This document shows positions 11,310-21,446 of a stretch of 64,000 nt of DNA, piece by piece (positions within the stretch are counted from its first letter, which is position 1; every line of letters begins with the position of its first letter). The stretch lies in sequence record MK327936.1, one strand, 5' to 3'. The position numbers and the translations under genes are program-made. This DNA is from Escherichia phage vB_EcoM_G2540. A model generated the notes under the pieces. That model was not told the DNA's origin. It was given only the letters and a program-made list of their open reading frames with translations, and did no database searches.

Positions 11310-12728
11310 TTATGGATAGGTATAGATAATACCAGTTTCTAAAGCAGTTTTATGAATGATGTATCCATTACGTGATTCTTGGACATCAACTTCTGGATAG
11401 TCTTTCATCATCTTCTGAAGAGTGTAACGATGCAGGTAGTATTTACTATCTGGATCTTCAGTTTTCCAATCTTTACCTTCTTCAGTCATTTTTTGGATTT
11501 CATCCATGACCCACCAACCGCACCAGATGTAAGCTGAGCTACGGTGTGGAAGAGGATGAACATAAGGTAATTCACCTTCTGGTTCTGGAGCAACTTTATC
11601 AGTCACTTGAACTTGACCTTCTGCCGTAATAGTTTTGCTATCATAATCAGCAGCAGTAACAGTCGCAGTAACTTCAATAGTTTGACTTCCAATAGATGAG
11701 GTATCAACGGTATATACATTAGTTGACCCTTCTACAGGAGAAGAATCTTTCTTCCATGAATACTCAATTTGCGCTTCTTCTGGAGCATCAGTAACATTAG
11801 CAGTAAATGTAGCCGAAGCATCTTGTTGAACGTTAATAGAAGGAGGAGTCAATGTAACCTGTGGATTCATTGTCTTCTTATTAACTGTTAATGATACTTC
11901 ATTAGAAGTAACTTCCTTTTCATTGTAATTTTCAGCAGTTACTTGGGCTACGCATTTAATTCTTTTTACTCCACTTGTAGTTGGAGTATAGCTAAATGTA
12001 GAGTTAGTTTCTCCACCAACTTGTGAATCATCTACATACCACTGATACGTAGCAGATGCTCCATCAGGTTGAGAAACTAAAGTAGCGGTAAATTCAACAG
12101 CTGTTCCGATTACTCCAGCTGAAGGACTATCGGGAGTTACTGCCAAGGTAGTTGTCTGTGTCTTTTTATTAACAGTCAGTGACACTTCATTAGAAGTAAC
12201 TTCTTTTGCATCATAATCTGTCGCGGTTACTTGAGCCACACACTTAATTGTTTTAACTCCGCTTGTGGTAGGAGTGTAATTGAATGTAGCAGAAGTTGCT
12301 TCGCCCACAGGAGAACCGTCAACGTGCCATTGATACGTAGCAGATGCACCTGGTGGCTGCGAAGCTAAAGCGGCAGTAAATTCAATAGCTGTTCCGATTA
12401 CTCCAGCGTCAGGGCTATTAGGAGTTACAGCTAAGGTGGTCGTTTGTGTCTTATTTTGAACTGTGATAGTTGTAGTAGCTTCTGCTGTTTCAGCTTCAGC
12501 TTCTGGAACTGTATTTGTTGCAACTACTTTAATAGTCTTTTGACCGGCAGGTCCTTTTAATACATAACTAAAAGTTGCTTCAGCTCCATCTTGTGGAACA
12601 TCATCTACAGTCCAAGCATAGGTAATAGGTCCATCTCCAGTTTGACCACTGGGTGTAGCAGTAAACTGCTGAGTCTGATCTATAACTCCAGTAGGTGTTT
12701 TAGGAGTTATATCAACTGTAAAAGCCAT
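11310..12728 (-). CDS. hoc: Highly immunogenic outer capsid protein Hoc, 472 aa, with four Ig-like domains plus capsid-binding domain
   Basis: N-terminus MAFTVDITPKTPTGVID and C-terminus ...HKTALETGIIYTYP as T4 Hoc; contains two near-identical 96-aa Ig-like repeats. Confidence 0.9.
   Translation of the reverse strand: MAFTVDITPKTPTGVIDQTQQFTATPSGQTGDGPITYAWTVDDVPQDGAEATFSYVLKGPAGQKTIKVVATNTVPEAEAETAEATTTITVQNKTQTTTLAVTPNSPDAGVIGTAIEFTAALASQPPGASATYQWHVDGSPVGEATSATFNYTPTTSGVKTIKCVAQVTATDYDAKEVTSNEVSLTVNKKTQTTTLAVTPDSPSAGVIGTAVEFTATLVSQPDGASATYQWYVDDSQVGGETNSTFSYTPTTSGVKRIKCVAQVTAENYNEKEVTSNEVSLTVNKKTMNPQVTLTPPSINVQQDASATFTANVTDAPEEAQIEYSWKKDSSPVEGSTNVYTVDTSSIGSQTIEVTATVTAADYDSKTITAEGQVQVTDKVAPEPEGELPYVHPLPHRSSAYIWCGWWVMDEIQKMTEEGKDWKTEDPDSKYYLHRYTLQKMMKDYPEVDVQESRNGYIIHKTALETGIIYTYP
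11877..12452 (-). repeat. Tandem duplication of a 288-bp Ig-like domain unit inside hoc
   Basis: Residues ~93-188 and ~189-284 both read KTQTTTLAVTP(N/D)SP...YQW(H/Y)VD...KCVAQVTA...EVTSNEVSLTVNK; the two DNA copies are visibly similar but diverged. Confidence 0.8.
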
Positions 12729-12737
12729 AAGTTATCC

Positions 12738-13418
12738 TTATTTTAATGTTACGAAAGAAGAATTGCGTGTTTCACGAATTAAAACTGATCCGTCGCGGTT
12801 AATGTAATAAATTAAGCTAAATAAAGTTTGGTGTGCTGACGCATGTTCAAAACTAGTTGGGTGAGATTTCCAATCCGGAGTTTCAGCAATCCATTGATAA
12901 ATCCACCAAGGAACAGTACAGAATCCTGGATTTTTTCCAATCAGCTGAAGATTCGGACTAAAGTTTTCCGGAAGAGTAAATACAGACGGCTTTTCAGATT
13001 CAACAATCTCAGCTACAGCCTGTTCGAATTTTTCTTCAACAAAAGGAGTATCTTCAATCAAAACTGAGGTATTTTCAGGAATTTTATCCGTTTCTACTAC
13101 TTCAATTTTAATGTCAGATTTAACCGGAGAATCAATCAGAAGTGCTGCTTCTGGATTGACTTCTTCATCGTCATATTTTAATCCCTCTGCGGCATCAGCA
13201 GCATCAATTAGGTCTTTAATAGATAACCCATCAGTCTCTGGCATAGGTTCACTAGCGAGCTTCTGGAGGGCTTCTTCAATATCAACAACGATATTATCAA
13301 AAGATTTATTCTTTTTGACCTTTATACCAAACTGTTCAGCATATTCAGCTAATTTAGCTTTAGCTTCTTTGTTATCATCAAGAGCCTTCAGCTCTGCAAT
13401 ATAATCTTTATCTATCAT
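12738..13418 (-). CDS. inh: Inhibitor of prohead protease (Inh), 226 aa
   Basis: 226 aa acidic protein at conserved position between hoc and uvsW. Confidence 0.7.
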   Translation of the reverse strand: MIDKDYIAELKALDDNKEAKAKLAEYAEQFGIKVKKNKSFDNIVVDIEEALQKLASEPMPETDGLSIKDLIDAADAAEGLKYDDEEVNPEAALLIDSPVKSDIKIEVVETDKIPENTSVLIEDTPFVEEKFEQAVAEIVESEKPSVFTLPENFSPNLQLIGKNPGFCTVPWWIYQWIAETPDWKSHPTSFEHASAHQTLFSLIYYINRDGSVLIRETRNSSFVTLK

Positions 13419-13468
13419 AATATTTCCTCAGTATAAATATAGATATATTTATTACATGGTATTTAGAC

Positions 13469-14980
13469 ATGACTGACATTAAAGTACATTTTTATGATTT
13501 TAGTCACGTGAGAATTGACTGTGAAGAAAGTACATTTCATGAACTCCGTGATTTCTTTAGCTTTGAAGCTGATGGGTATCGTTTTAATCCGAAATACAAA
13601 TATGGCCACTGGGATGGACGAATCCGTCTTTTAGATTATAATCGTCTTCTTCCATTCGGCTTAGTCGGGCAAATTAAAAAGTTCTGTGATAACTTTGGCT
13701 ATAAAGCCTGGATTGACCCACAAATTAACGAAAAAGAAGAATTATCAAGAAAAGATTTTGATGAATGGCTTTCTAAATTAGAAATCTATTCAGGAAATAA
13801 AAGAATTGAACCACACTGGTATCAAAAAGATGCAGTGTTCGAAGGATTAGTTAATCGTCGTAGAATTCTTAATCTTCCAACATCTGCAGGTAAATCTTTA
13901 ATTCAAGCTTTGCTTGCGCGGTATTATTTGGAAAATTATGAAGGTAAAATTCTTATCATTGTTCCAACAACTGCTCTGACAACTCAGATGGCTGATGACT
14001 TCGTCGACTATCGTTTATTCAGCCATGCAATGATAAAGAAAATTGGTGGCGGAGCATCAAAAGATGATAAATATAAAAATGATGCACCAGTCGTTGTTGG
14101 TACATGGCAAACTGTAGTTAAACAACCAAAAGAATGGTTCTCACAGTTTGGAATGATGATGAATGATGAATGCCATCTTGCTACAGGAAAAAGTATTTCA
14201 TCTATCATATCAGGTTTAAATAACTGTATGTTTAAATTTGGTCTATCTGGTTCATTACGTGATGGCAAAGCCAATATCATGCAGTATGTTGGAATGTTTG
14301 GTGAAATATTTAAGCCAGTAACGACTTCTAAGTTAATGGAAGATGGACAAGTAACTGAGCTAAAAATTAATAGTATTTTTCTTCGCTATCCCGATGAGTT
14401 CACTACTAAATTAAAGGGAAAAACTTATCAAGAAGAAATAAAAATTATTACTGGGCTTAGTAAAAGAAATAAATGGATCGCTAAATTAGCTATTAAGCTT
14501 GCGCAAAAAGATGAAAACGCTTTTGTCATGTTTAAACATGTATCACATGGTAAAGCTATTTTCGATTTAATTAAAAATGAATACGATAAAGTTTATTACG
14601 TATCAGGGGAAGTTGATACCGAAACCCGCAATATAATGAAAACCTTAGCTGAAAATGGTAAAGGAATAATTATAGTAGCTAGTTATGGTGTATTTTCTAC
14701 TGGTATTTCAGTTAAAAATCTGCATCATGTTGTTTTAGCGCACGGTGTTAAATCAAAAATCATTGTATTACAAACAATCGGTCGTGTATTACGTAAGCAT
14801 GGTTCTAAGACAATAGCAACCGTCTGGGACCTCATAGATGATTGTGGCGTTAAGCCAAAATCTGCTAATACGAAAAAGAAATATGTTCATTTGAACTATC
14901 TTTTAAAACACGGCATTGATCGTATTCAGCGCTACGCAGATGAAAAATTTAATTACGTAATGAAAACAGTTAATTTATAA
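13469..14980 (+). CDS. uvsW: UvsW SF2 DNA/RNA helicase (503 aa)
   Basis: 503 aa; helicase motifs (LPTSAGKS Walker A-like, DECH box MMMNDECHLATGK); late promoter at 13432-13439. Confidence 0.9.
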   Translation: MTDIKVHFYDFSHVRIDCEESTFHELRDFFSFEADGYRFNPKYKYGHWDGRIRLLDYNRLLPFGLVGQIKKFCDNFGYKAWIDPQINEKEELSRKDFDEWLSKLEIYSGNKRIEPHWYQKDAVFEGLVNRRRILNLPTSAGKSLIQALLARYYLENYEGKILIIVPTTALTTQMADDFVDYRLFSHAMIKKIGGGASKDDKYKNDAPVVVGTWQTVVKQPKEWFSQFGMMMNDECHLATGKSISSIISGLNNCMFKFGLSGSLRDGKANIMQYVGMFGEIFKPVTTSKLMEDGQVTELKINSIFLRYPDEFTTKLKGKTYQEEIKIITGLSKRNKWIAKLAIKLAQKDENAFVMFKHVSHGKAIFDLIKNEYDKVYYVSGEVDTETRNIMKTLAENGKGIIIVASYGVFSTGISVKNLHHVVLAHGVKSKIIVLQTIGRVLRKHGSKTIATVWDLIDDCGVKPKSANTKKKYVHLNYLLKHGIDRIQRYADEKFNYVMKTVNL

Positions 14981-14992
14981 GGGCTTCGGCCC
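14981..14992 (+). terminator. Stem-loop after uvsW
   Basis: GGGC-TTCG-GCCC followed by TTTGG. Confidence 0.5.
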
Positions 14993-15005
14993 TTTGGAGA
15001 AAAAG

Positions 15006-15236
15006 ATGTTACTAGAATTTAAACAATTTCTTTATGAAGCTTCTATTGATGAATTTATGGGTAAAATTGCCTCTTGTCAAACATTAGAAGGTTTAGAAGA
15101 ACTTGAAGCTTATTATAAGAAAAGAGTTAAAGAAACTGAATTAAAAGATACTGATGACATCTCTGTGAGAGATGCTTTGGCAGGAAAAAGAGCTGAATTA
15201 GAAGATTCAGATGATGAAGTAGAAGAAAGCTTTTAA
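15006..15236 (+). CDS. uvsW.1: UvsW.1 small acidic protein (76 aa)
   Basis: ATG at 15006 preceded by GGAGAAAAAG; track start at 14994 is TTG; follows uvsW terminator hairpin. Confidence 0.7.
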   Translation: MLLEFKQFLYEASIDEFMGKIASCQTLEGLEELEAYYKKRVKETELKDTDDISVRDALAGKRAELEDSDDEVEESF

Positions 15237-15291
15237 ATTAAAAAAGGCCCAACCAAAAAGGAAGGGCCAAAACTATAGACTAAAGGTCACA

Positions 15292-15459
15292 CTATAGCAA
15301 AAGTTGTGTTTCATTTAATTGTTCTTCCGAACTTTCTGAAACTGGTAGTTCTTTAATGTAATTATAGCAAGGCCCAGGATGTACAGGACCTTTGTCTGTT
15401 TCAACAACCAATGCAGAATCGATTGGAGTTTTACAGACAACACAAATCTTATCTGACAT
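15292..15459 (-). CDS. Small Cys-containing protein, 55 aa (uvsY.-2 position), not in the ORF track
   Basis: Manual translation MSDKICVVCKTPIDSALVVETDKGPVHPGPCYNYIKELPVSESSEEQLNETQLLL; ATG with AGGAG SD; CxxC...C spacing suggests a zinc ribbon. Confidence 0.45.
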   Translation of the reverse strand: MSDKICVVCKTPIDSALVVETDKGPVHPGPCYNYIKELPVSESSEEQLNETQLLL

Positions 15460-15487
15460 GATTGTCTCCTCTGAATTATATATCTAT

Positions 15488-15712
15488 TTATACAACTCTC
15501 ATATGCATATCAATGCCCATATCTTTAGAATAAAAATATTCATCAAGATATCCGGCAAATTTTCCTTTAATATAAAGGACATCTTCACCACACGGGTGGT
15601 CGGCCAGGATACGAATATCCTGACGCTTAAGATTATGCTTTTTCATTAAGAATTGAATTTCCGTTTCAAATTCTTCTTCATAATTAAAAGCATCATCAAT
15701 GCTATATCTCAT
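15488..15712 (-). CDS. Hypothetical protein (uvsY.-1 position)
   Basis: 74 aa ORF, start overlaps uvsY stop (ATGA-type overlap). Confidence 0.6.
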   Translation of the reverse strand: MRYSIDDAFNYEEEFETEIQFLMKKHNLKRQDIRILADHPCGEDVLYIKGKFAGYLDEYFYSKDMGIDMHMRVV

Positions 15713-16125
15713 TATTTTCCAGCCTCAAAAGCCCGCATGTCTTGAATATGCTTAATAGCAAATCCGCGTGATTTGATAGCATCAAGAGCTCCGCTACAGA
15801 AATCTAATAAAATTCCCCAATATTGTAATGAAGTATCAACCTTTAAAACATCCTTATCAGCTGATAGAACTGTCTTCATTTCTGATTTCTCGTAACGATC
15901 CATACTAAATTCATCACCATCTCCTCGTCCCGAGTAGTAGTCTAATTTAGCTTTAAGAGCAACTTTCTTTTGCGCGTCAATTCTAAGCATTTCCTTTTTA
16001 ATACTTGAATGCTTATTAAGCCATTTACTATATAACATCACATTATTAGCTGCTTCATACTGTAATTTAGTCGAATCTATAAACACATCTTTCTTCAATT
16101 CTTCTTGAAGATCTTCTAATCTCAT
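15712..16125 (-). CDS. uvsY: UvsY recombination mediator protein (137 aa)
   Basis: 137 aa, size and position as T4 UvsY; preceded by MotA-box middle promoter. Confidence 0.9.
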   Translation of the reverse strand: MRLEDLQEELKKDVFIDSTKLQYEAANNVMLYSKWLNKHSSIKKEMLRIDAQKKVALKAKLDYYSGRGDGDEFSMDRYEKSEMKTVLSADKDVLKVDTSLQYWGILLDFCSGALDAIKSRGFAIKHIQDMRAFEAGK

Positions 16126-16165
16126 ATTGTTCTCTATTCAATTGTTATTGGATGGACTTAGATTC

Positions 16166-16191
16166 ATTATACCACGTTTTAACGTGAAGCA
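16166..16191 (-). promoter_or_regulatory. Middle-mode (MotA-dependent) promoter of uvsY; candidate replication origin oriF
   Basis: Minus strand reads aTGCTTCA (plus 16185-16191), 12 nt spacer, then TATAAT (plus 16166-16171), about 40 nt upstream of the uvsY ATG. Confidence 0.6.
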
Positions 16192-16590
16192 TTATACTCT
16201 ATTACTAGAAGCCAGTTGCAGTTTTATCTGCTCAATATCATCAGGGTTATCGATGACCGAAAAACGTATTTCTACTATCAGAGTATAATCATCATAAACG
16301 GGTATCACATTAACTGCTAATTTATCAATACGTGGCTCATAGTTTCTTACTGCGCTTTCGATATTACGCTCAACTGTGTCAGCAGTAAGAGGAGTCATAT
16401 TTTCAAAAAGCTGGTCTGATAAATCACATCCAAATTCAGGGTCAAACGGTCTTGAACCTTTTCTTGTTGTAATAATTCCCAAAAGACTGTTTTTAATTGA
16501 CCTTAATCCAAGTGATCTGGAAACGTCTTTGTTCCAATCCATTTTCATTTCCGGGTCAATGTCAGAATAAAGCTTATTAATATTTGACAT
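16192..16590 (-). CDS. 25: Baseplate wedge protein gp25 (132 aa)
   Basis: 132 aa, size and position as T4 gp25. Confidence 0.9.
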   Translation of the reverse strand: MSNINKLYSDIDPEMKMDWNKDVSRSLGLRSIKNSLLGIITTRKGSRPFDPEFGCDLSDQLFENMTPLTADTVERNIESAVRNYEPRIDKLAVNVIPVYDDYTLIVEIRFSVIDNPDDIEQIKLQLASSNRV

Positions 16591-17216
16591 TATAGTAACT
16601 CAAAGAACTCTTTGAGGCCTCTTATTACGTGAGCATGGGTTTTTCCACACTCTGGACACTTAATTGGAACAGCCAAATAAACAGTAGGCTTTAAAAGCAT
16701 ATCTTTTATAGCTACAATATCTGACTCTGTGATGATAGAATATAAATCTTCCAGTTCTTTTTCATTTAAGTCTTCAACTGGAATGCTTTCCCCGTTAGCA
16801 TGAATCGTTTCTATACATGATACTATCATGTGGGCTATATTTTTATCATCAAAAATTTTAGGGTATCGGAATTTAATTTTAATGTCACCCAGTGTATACC
16901 AGAGGTCTTCTGGTGCATCTATTTGTGTATGTAATAGATTTATATGGGTTGGTATTTCAGTTCCACAGGTGCACTTCCAGGAGTTTTCGTGATTAACTTC
17001 ACCGAGAGAATGTGCCCATAAATGAATCAACAATAGTTCTGATTCTTGGCGGTTTAAATCTTTTGCATTTGTGCAGTCTTTGATTAGCTTTTTAACAATT
17101 ACTTCTACGGAACCATTATTTTTGGCAGTAATAAGTTCTAGATATTCTTTAAGCGTGAATGCGCGACAATTGATTATTTTAGAACCAACTCTCACATCAA
17201 ATTTGTATTCATACAT
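16590..17216 (-). CDS. 26: Baseplate hub protein gp26 (208 aa)
   Basis: 208 aa, conserved divergent arrangement against gene 51. Confidence 0.85.
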   Translation of the reverse strand: MYEYKFDVRVGSKIINCRAFTLKEYLELITAKNNGSVEVIVKKLIKDCTNAKDLNRQESELLLIHLWAHSLGEVNHENSWKCTCGTEIPTHINLLHTQIDAPEDLWYTLGDIKIKFRYPKIFDDKNIAHMIVSCIETIHANGESIPVEDLNEKELEDLYSIITESDIVAIKDMLLKPTVYLAVPIKCPECGKTHAHVIRGLKEFFELL

Positions 17217-17237
17217 ATTTAGCTCCTTTATTTATCA

Positions 17238-17249
17238 TATTTATAAATA
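17238..17249. promoter_or_regulatory. Divergent overlapping late promoters (TATTTATAAATA) for gene 26 (minus) and gene 51 (plus)
   Basis: Palindromic 12-mer contains TATAAATA on both strands, 18-22 nt from each start codon. Confidence 0.65.
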
Positions 17250-17266
17250 GAATAAAAGGAGCATCT

Positions 17267-18016
17267 ATGGCAAACATTATTCGTTGTAAATTACCAGATG
17301 GTGTTCATCGTTTTAAACCATTTACGGTAGAAGATTATCGAGATTTTTTGTTAGTTCGAAACGATATAGAACATCGGTCACCGCAAGAACAAAAAGAAAT
17401 AATTACTGATTTAATTGATGATTATTTTGGAGACTATCCGAAGACTTGGCAACCATTTATATTTTTGCAGGTATTTGTAGGGTCAATAGGTAAAACAAAA
17501 GTACCGGTCACATTTGTATGTCCAAAATGTAAAAAAGAAAAGACAGTTCCATTTGAAATATATCAAAAAGAATTAAAGGAACCTGTTTTTGATGTAGCTA
17601 ATGTTAAAATTAAATTAAAGTTTCCTTCTGAGTTTTATGAAAATAAAGCAAAGATGATTACTGAAAATATTCATTCTGTTCAAGTAGATGAAATATGGTA
17701 TGATTGGAAGGAAATTAGTGAATCCAGTCAAATAGAACTTGTTGATGCCATCGAGATAGAAACATTAGAAAAAATTCTCGATGCAATGAATCCTATTAAT
17801 TTAACTCTACATATGTCATGCTGTAATAAGTACATTAAAAAATACACTGATATAGTAGACGTGTTTAAGCTATTAGTTAACCCAGATGAGATATTTACTT
17901 TTTATCAAATTAATCACACACTCGTAAAAAGTAATTATAGCTTAAATTCAATAATGAAAATGATTCCTGCTGAGCGCGGATTCGTATTAAAACTGATTGA
18001 GAAGGATAAACAATAA
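17267..18016 (+). CDS. 51: Baseplate hub assembly catalyst gp51 (249 aa)
   Basis: 249 aa, size and position as T4 gp51. Confidence 0.85.
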   Translation: MANIIRCKLPDGVHRFKPFTVEDYRDFLLVRNDIEHRSPQEQKEIITDLIDDYFGDYPKTWQPFIFLQVFVGSIGKTKVPVTFVCPKCKKEKTVPFEIYQKELKEPVFDVANVKIKLKFPSEFYENKAKMITENIHSVQVDEIWYDWKEISESSQIELVDAIEIETLEKILDAMNPINLTLHMSCCNKYIKKYTDIVDVFKLLVNPDEIFTFYQINHTLVKSNYSLNSIMKMIPAERGFVLKLIEKDKQ

Positions 18017-19191
18017 TGAGTATGTTGCAACGCCCCGGATATCCAAATCTCAGCGTTAAATTATTTGATAGCTACGACGCTTGGAGTAATAATAGATTTG
18101 TTGAATTAGCTGCTACTATTACCACATTAACTATGCGGGATTCTCTTTATGGACGAAATGAAGGAATGCTGCAGTTTTATGATTCTAAAAACATCCATAC
18201 AAAAATGGATGGAAATGAAATAATTCAGATTTCTGTAGCTAATGCAAACGATATTAATAATGTTAAAACACGAATTTATGGATGTAAGCATTTTTCCGTG
18301 TCAGTAGATTCAAAAGGTGATAACATCATTGCTATTGAATTGGGAACTATTCATTCTATAGAAAATCTTAAATTTGGCCGACCATTTTTCCCTGATGCAG
18401 GTGAATCTATAAAAGAAATGCTTGGCGTCATTTATCAAGACCGCACATTATTAACTCCAGCAATAAATGCTATAAATGCTTATGTTCCTGATATTCCATG
18501 GACTAGTACATTTGAAAATTATTTGTCATATGTAAGAGAAGTTGCTCTAGCTGTAGGAAGCGACAAATTTGTATTTGTATGGCAAGACATCATGGGAGTT
18601 AACATGATGGACTATGATATGATGATAAATCAAGAACCATATCCAATGATTGTCGGTGAGCCATCTTTAATAGGTCAATTTGTCCAAGAATTAAAATATC
18701 CATTAGCATATGATTTTGTTTGGTTGACTAAATCGAATCCTCACAAACGTGACCCAATGAAAAATGCTACTATCTATGCGCATTCATTTTTAGATTCTTC
18801 ACTGCCAATGATTACTACAGGAAAGGGCGAAAACTCTATTGTAGTGTCAAGATCAGGTGCTTATTCTGAAATGACTTATAGGAATGGATATGAAGAAGCT
18901 ATTCGTCTTCAAACTATGGCACAATATGACGGCTATGCTAAATGTTCTACTGTCGGTAATTTTAACTTGACTCCTGGCGTTAAAATTATTTTTAATGATA
19001 GTAAAAACCAATTTAAAACAGAATTTTACGTTGATGAAGTTATCCATGAATTATCAAATAATAATTCAGTAACTCATCTATATATGTTCACTAATGCAAC
19101 GAAACTGGAAACAATAGACCCAGTTAAGGTTAAAAATGAATTTAAATCTGATACTACCACTGAAGAAAGTAGTTCTTCCAATAAGCAATAA
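18016..19191 (+). CDS. 27: Baseplate hub protein gp27 (391 aa)
   Basis: 391 aa, size and position as T4 gp27. Confidence 0.9.
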   Translation: MSMLQRPGYPNLSVKLFDSYDAWSNNRFVELAATITTLTMRDSLYGRNEGMLQFYDSKNIHTKMDGNEIIQISVANANDINNVKTRIYGCKHFSVSVDSKGDNIIAIELGTIHSIENLKFGRPFFPDAGESIKEMLGVIYQDRTLLTPAINAINAYVPDIPWTSTFENYLSYVREVALAVGSDKFVFVWQDIMGVNMMDYDMMINQEPYPMIVGEPSLIGQFVQELKYPLAYDFVWLTKSNPHKRDPMKNATIYAHSFLDSSLPMITTGKGENSIVVSRSGAYSEMTYRNGYEEAIRLQTMAQYDGYAKCSTVGNFNLTPGVKIIFNDSKNQFKTEFYVDEVIHELSNNNSVTHLYMFTNATKLETIDPVKVKNEFKSDTTTEESSSSNKQ

Positions 19192-19669
19192 AGAAGTTTC
19201 TATTCCTAAAATGGGTCTTAAACATTATAACATTTTAAAAGATGTTAAAGGTCCTGATGAAAATTTAAAACTTCTTATTGATTCTATTTGTCCGAATTTA
19301 TCACCGGCAGAAGTTGATTTCGTTTCTATTCATTTATTGGAATTTAATAGAAAGATTAAATCTCGTAAAGAAATAGATGGCTATACTTATGACATTAATG
19401 ATGTTTATGTGTGCCAAAGATTAGAATTTCAATACCAAGGAAATACATTTTATTTTAGACCTCCTGGAAAATTTGAACAATTTTTAACGGTGAGCGATAT
19501 GTTGTCTAAATGCTTGCTTAGGGTCAACGATGAAGTTAAAGAAATTAATTTTCTTGAGATGCCAGCATTCGTTTTAAAATGGGCAAATGATATTTTTACA
19601 ACTTTAGCAATTCCTGGCCCTAATGGTCCAATAACTGGAATTGGCAATATTATTGGATTATTTGAATGA
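19136..19669 (+). CDS. 28: Baseplate hub distal subunit gp28 (177 aa)
   Basis: 177 aa; overlaps 3' end of gene 27 by 56 nt in a different frame. Confidence 0.8.
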   Translation: MNLNLILPLKKVVLPISNKEVSIPKMGLKHYNILKDVKGPDENLKLLIDSICPNLSPAEVDFVSIHLLEFNRKIKSRKEIDGYTYDINDVYVCQRLEFQYQGNTFYFRPPGKFEQFLTVSDMLSKCLLRVNDEVKEINFLEMPAFVLKWANDIFTTLAIPGPNGPITGIGNIIGLFE

Positions 19670-21438
19670 AAAAGCCACAAGAAATGCAAACGATGCGTAG
19701 AAAAGTTATTTCAGATAATAAACCAACACAAGAAGCGGCTAAATCCGCTTCTAACACTTTATCTGGACTTAATGATATATCTACGAAATTGGATGATGCT
19801 CAAGCTGCTTCTGAATTAATAGCTCAAACTGTCGAAGAAAAATCGAATGAAATAGTTGGAGCAATTGGTAACGTAGAAAGCGCAGTGAGTGATACTACTG
19901 CCGGTTCTGAGTTAATTGCTGAAACTGTCGAAATTGGCAACAATATTAATAAAGAAATCGGTGAATCACTCGGAAGCAAATTAGATAAATTAACAAGTTT
20001 ACTAGAGCAAAAAATCCAGACAGCTGGAATTCAACAGACTGGAACTAGTTTAGCCACTGTTGAAAGCGCTATTCCTGTTAAAGTCGTTGAGGATGATACT
20101 GCCGAATCTGTGGGTCCTTTATTACCAGCTCCCGAAGCAGTTAATAATGATCCTGACGCTGATTTTTTCCCTACCCCTCAGCCAGTTGAACCCAAACAAG
20201 AATCGCCAGAAGAAAAACAGAAAAAAGAAGCATTTAACTTAAAATTATCTCAAGCTTTAGATAAATTAACGAAGACTGTTGATTTCGGATTTAAAAAATC
20301 CATTTCAATTACTGATAAAATATCAAGCATGTTATTTAAGTACACCATCAGTGCTGCTATTGAAGCTGCTAAAATGACTGCAATGATATTGGCTGTTGTT
20401 GTTGGAATAGACCTGTTGATGGTTCATTTTAAATACTGGTCAGATAAATTTTCAAAAGCCTGGGATTTATTTAATACTGACTTTACTAAATTCTCTAGCG
20501 AAACCGGAACATGGGGTCCTTTATTACAGAGCATCTTTGATTCTATTGATAAAATTAAACAACTTTGGGAAGCGGGAGATTGGGGTGGATTGACAGCAGC
20601 TATTGTTGAAGGACTCGGAAGTGTTCTTTTTAATTTAGGTGAACTTATTCAATTAGGTATGGCTAAATTATCTGCAGCAATTCTTCGAGTCATTCCTGGT
20701 ATGAAGGATACTGCTGATGAAGTAGAAGGAAGAGCATTAGAAAATTTCCAAAATTCTACTGGAGCATCTCTCAATAAAGAAGACCAGGAAAAAGTTGCAA
20801 ATTATCAAGATAAACGAATGAACGGAGACCTTGGTCCGATAGCAAAAGGATTAGATAAAATTGCTAATTGGAAAACTCGTGCATCTAATTGGATTCGTGG
20901 GGTTGATAATAAAGAAGCACTAACGACTGATGAAGAGAGAGCAGAGGAAGAAGAAAAATTAAAGCAACTTTCACCTGAAGAAAGAAAAAATGCTTTAATG
21001 AAGGCTAATGAAGCCCGTGCCGCAATGATTCGCTTTGAAAAATATGCTGATTCAGCTGATATGAGTAAAGACTCAACAGTTAAATCAGTTGAATCTGCCT
21101 ATGAAGACCTTAAAAAACGGATGGATGACCCGGATTTAAATAATTCACCGGCAGTTAAAAAAGAACTTGCTGCTAGATTTTCTAAAATTGATGCTACTTA
21201 TCAAGAGCTCAAGAAAAATCAGCCTAATGCCAAACCTGAAACTTCTGCTAAATCGCCAGAAGCAAAACAAGTCCAGGTAATAGAAAAGAACAAAGCACAG
21301 CAAGCTCCTGTTCAACAAGCATCTCCTTCAATCAACAATACTAATAATGTTATTAAGAAAAATACTGTCGTTCATAATATGACACCTGTCACAAGCACAA
21401 CTGCTCCTGGTGTATTTGATGCGACTGGAGTTAATTAA
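19666..21438 (+). CDS. 29: Baseplate hub / tail length determinator (tape measure) gp29 (590 aa)
   Basis: 590 aa, start overlaps gp28 stop (ATGA); size and position as T4 gp29. Confidence 0.9.
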   Translation: MKKPQEMQTMRRKVISDNKPTQEAAKSASNTLSGLNDISTKLDDAQAASELIAQTVEEKSNEIVGAIGNVESAVSDTTAGSELIAETVEIGNNINKEIGESLGSKLDKLTSLLEQKIQTAGIQQTGTSLATVESAIPVKVVEDDTAESVGPLLPAPEAVNNDPDADFFPTPQPVEPKQESPEEKQKKEAFNLKLSQALDKLTKTVDFGFKKSISITDKISSMLFKYTISAAIEAAKMTAMILAVVVGIDLLMVHFKYWSDKFSKAWDLFNTDFTKFSSETGTWGPLLQSIFDSIDKIKQLWEAGDWGGLTAAIVEGLGSVLFNLGELIQLGMAKLSAAILRVIPGMKDTADEVEGRALENFQNSTGASLNKEDQEKVANYQDKRMNGDLGPIAKGLDKIANWKTRASNWIRGVDNKEALTTDEERAEEEEKLKQLSPEERKNALMKANEARAAMIRFEKYADSADMSKDSTVKSVESAYEDLKKRMDDPDLNNSPAVKKELAARFSKIDATYQELKKNQPNAKPETSAKSPEAKQVQVIEKNKAQQAPVQQASPSINNTNNVIKKNTVVHNMTPVTSTTAPGVFDATGVN

Positions 21439-21446
21439 GGAATAAT

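Noticed and set aside
19136-19191. 56-nt overlap of gene 28 with gene 27 as a possible frameshift site
   Set aside because: Both ORFs have their own ATG and expected sizes (391 and 177 aa); the overlap looks like ordinary gene packing.
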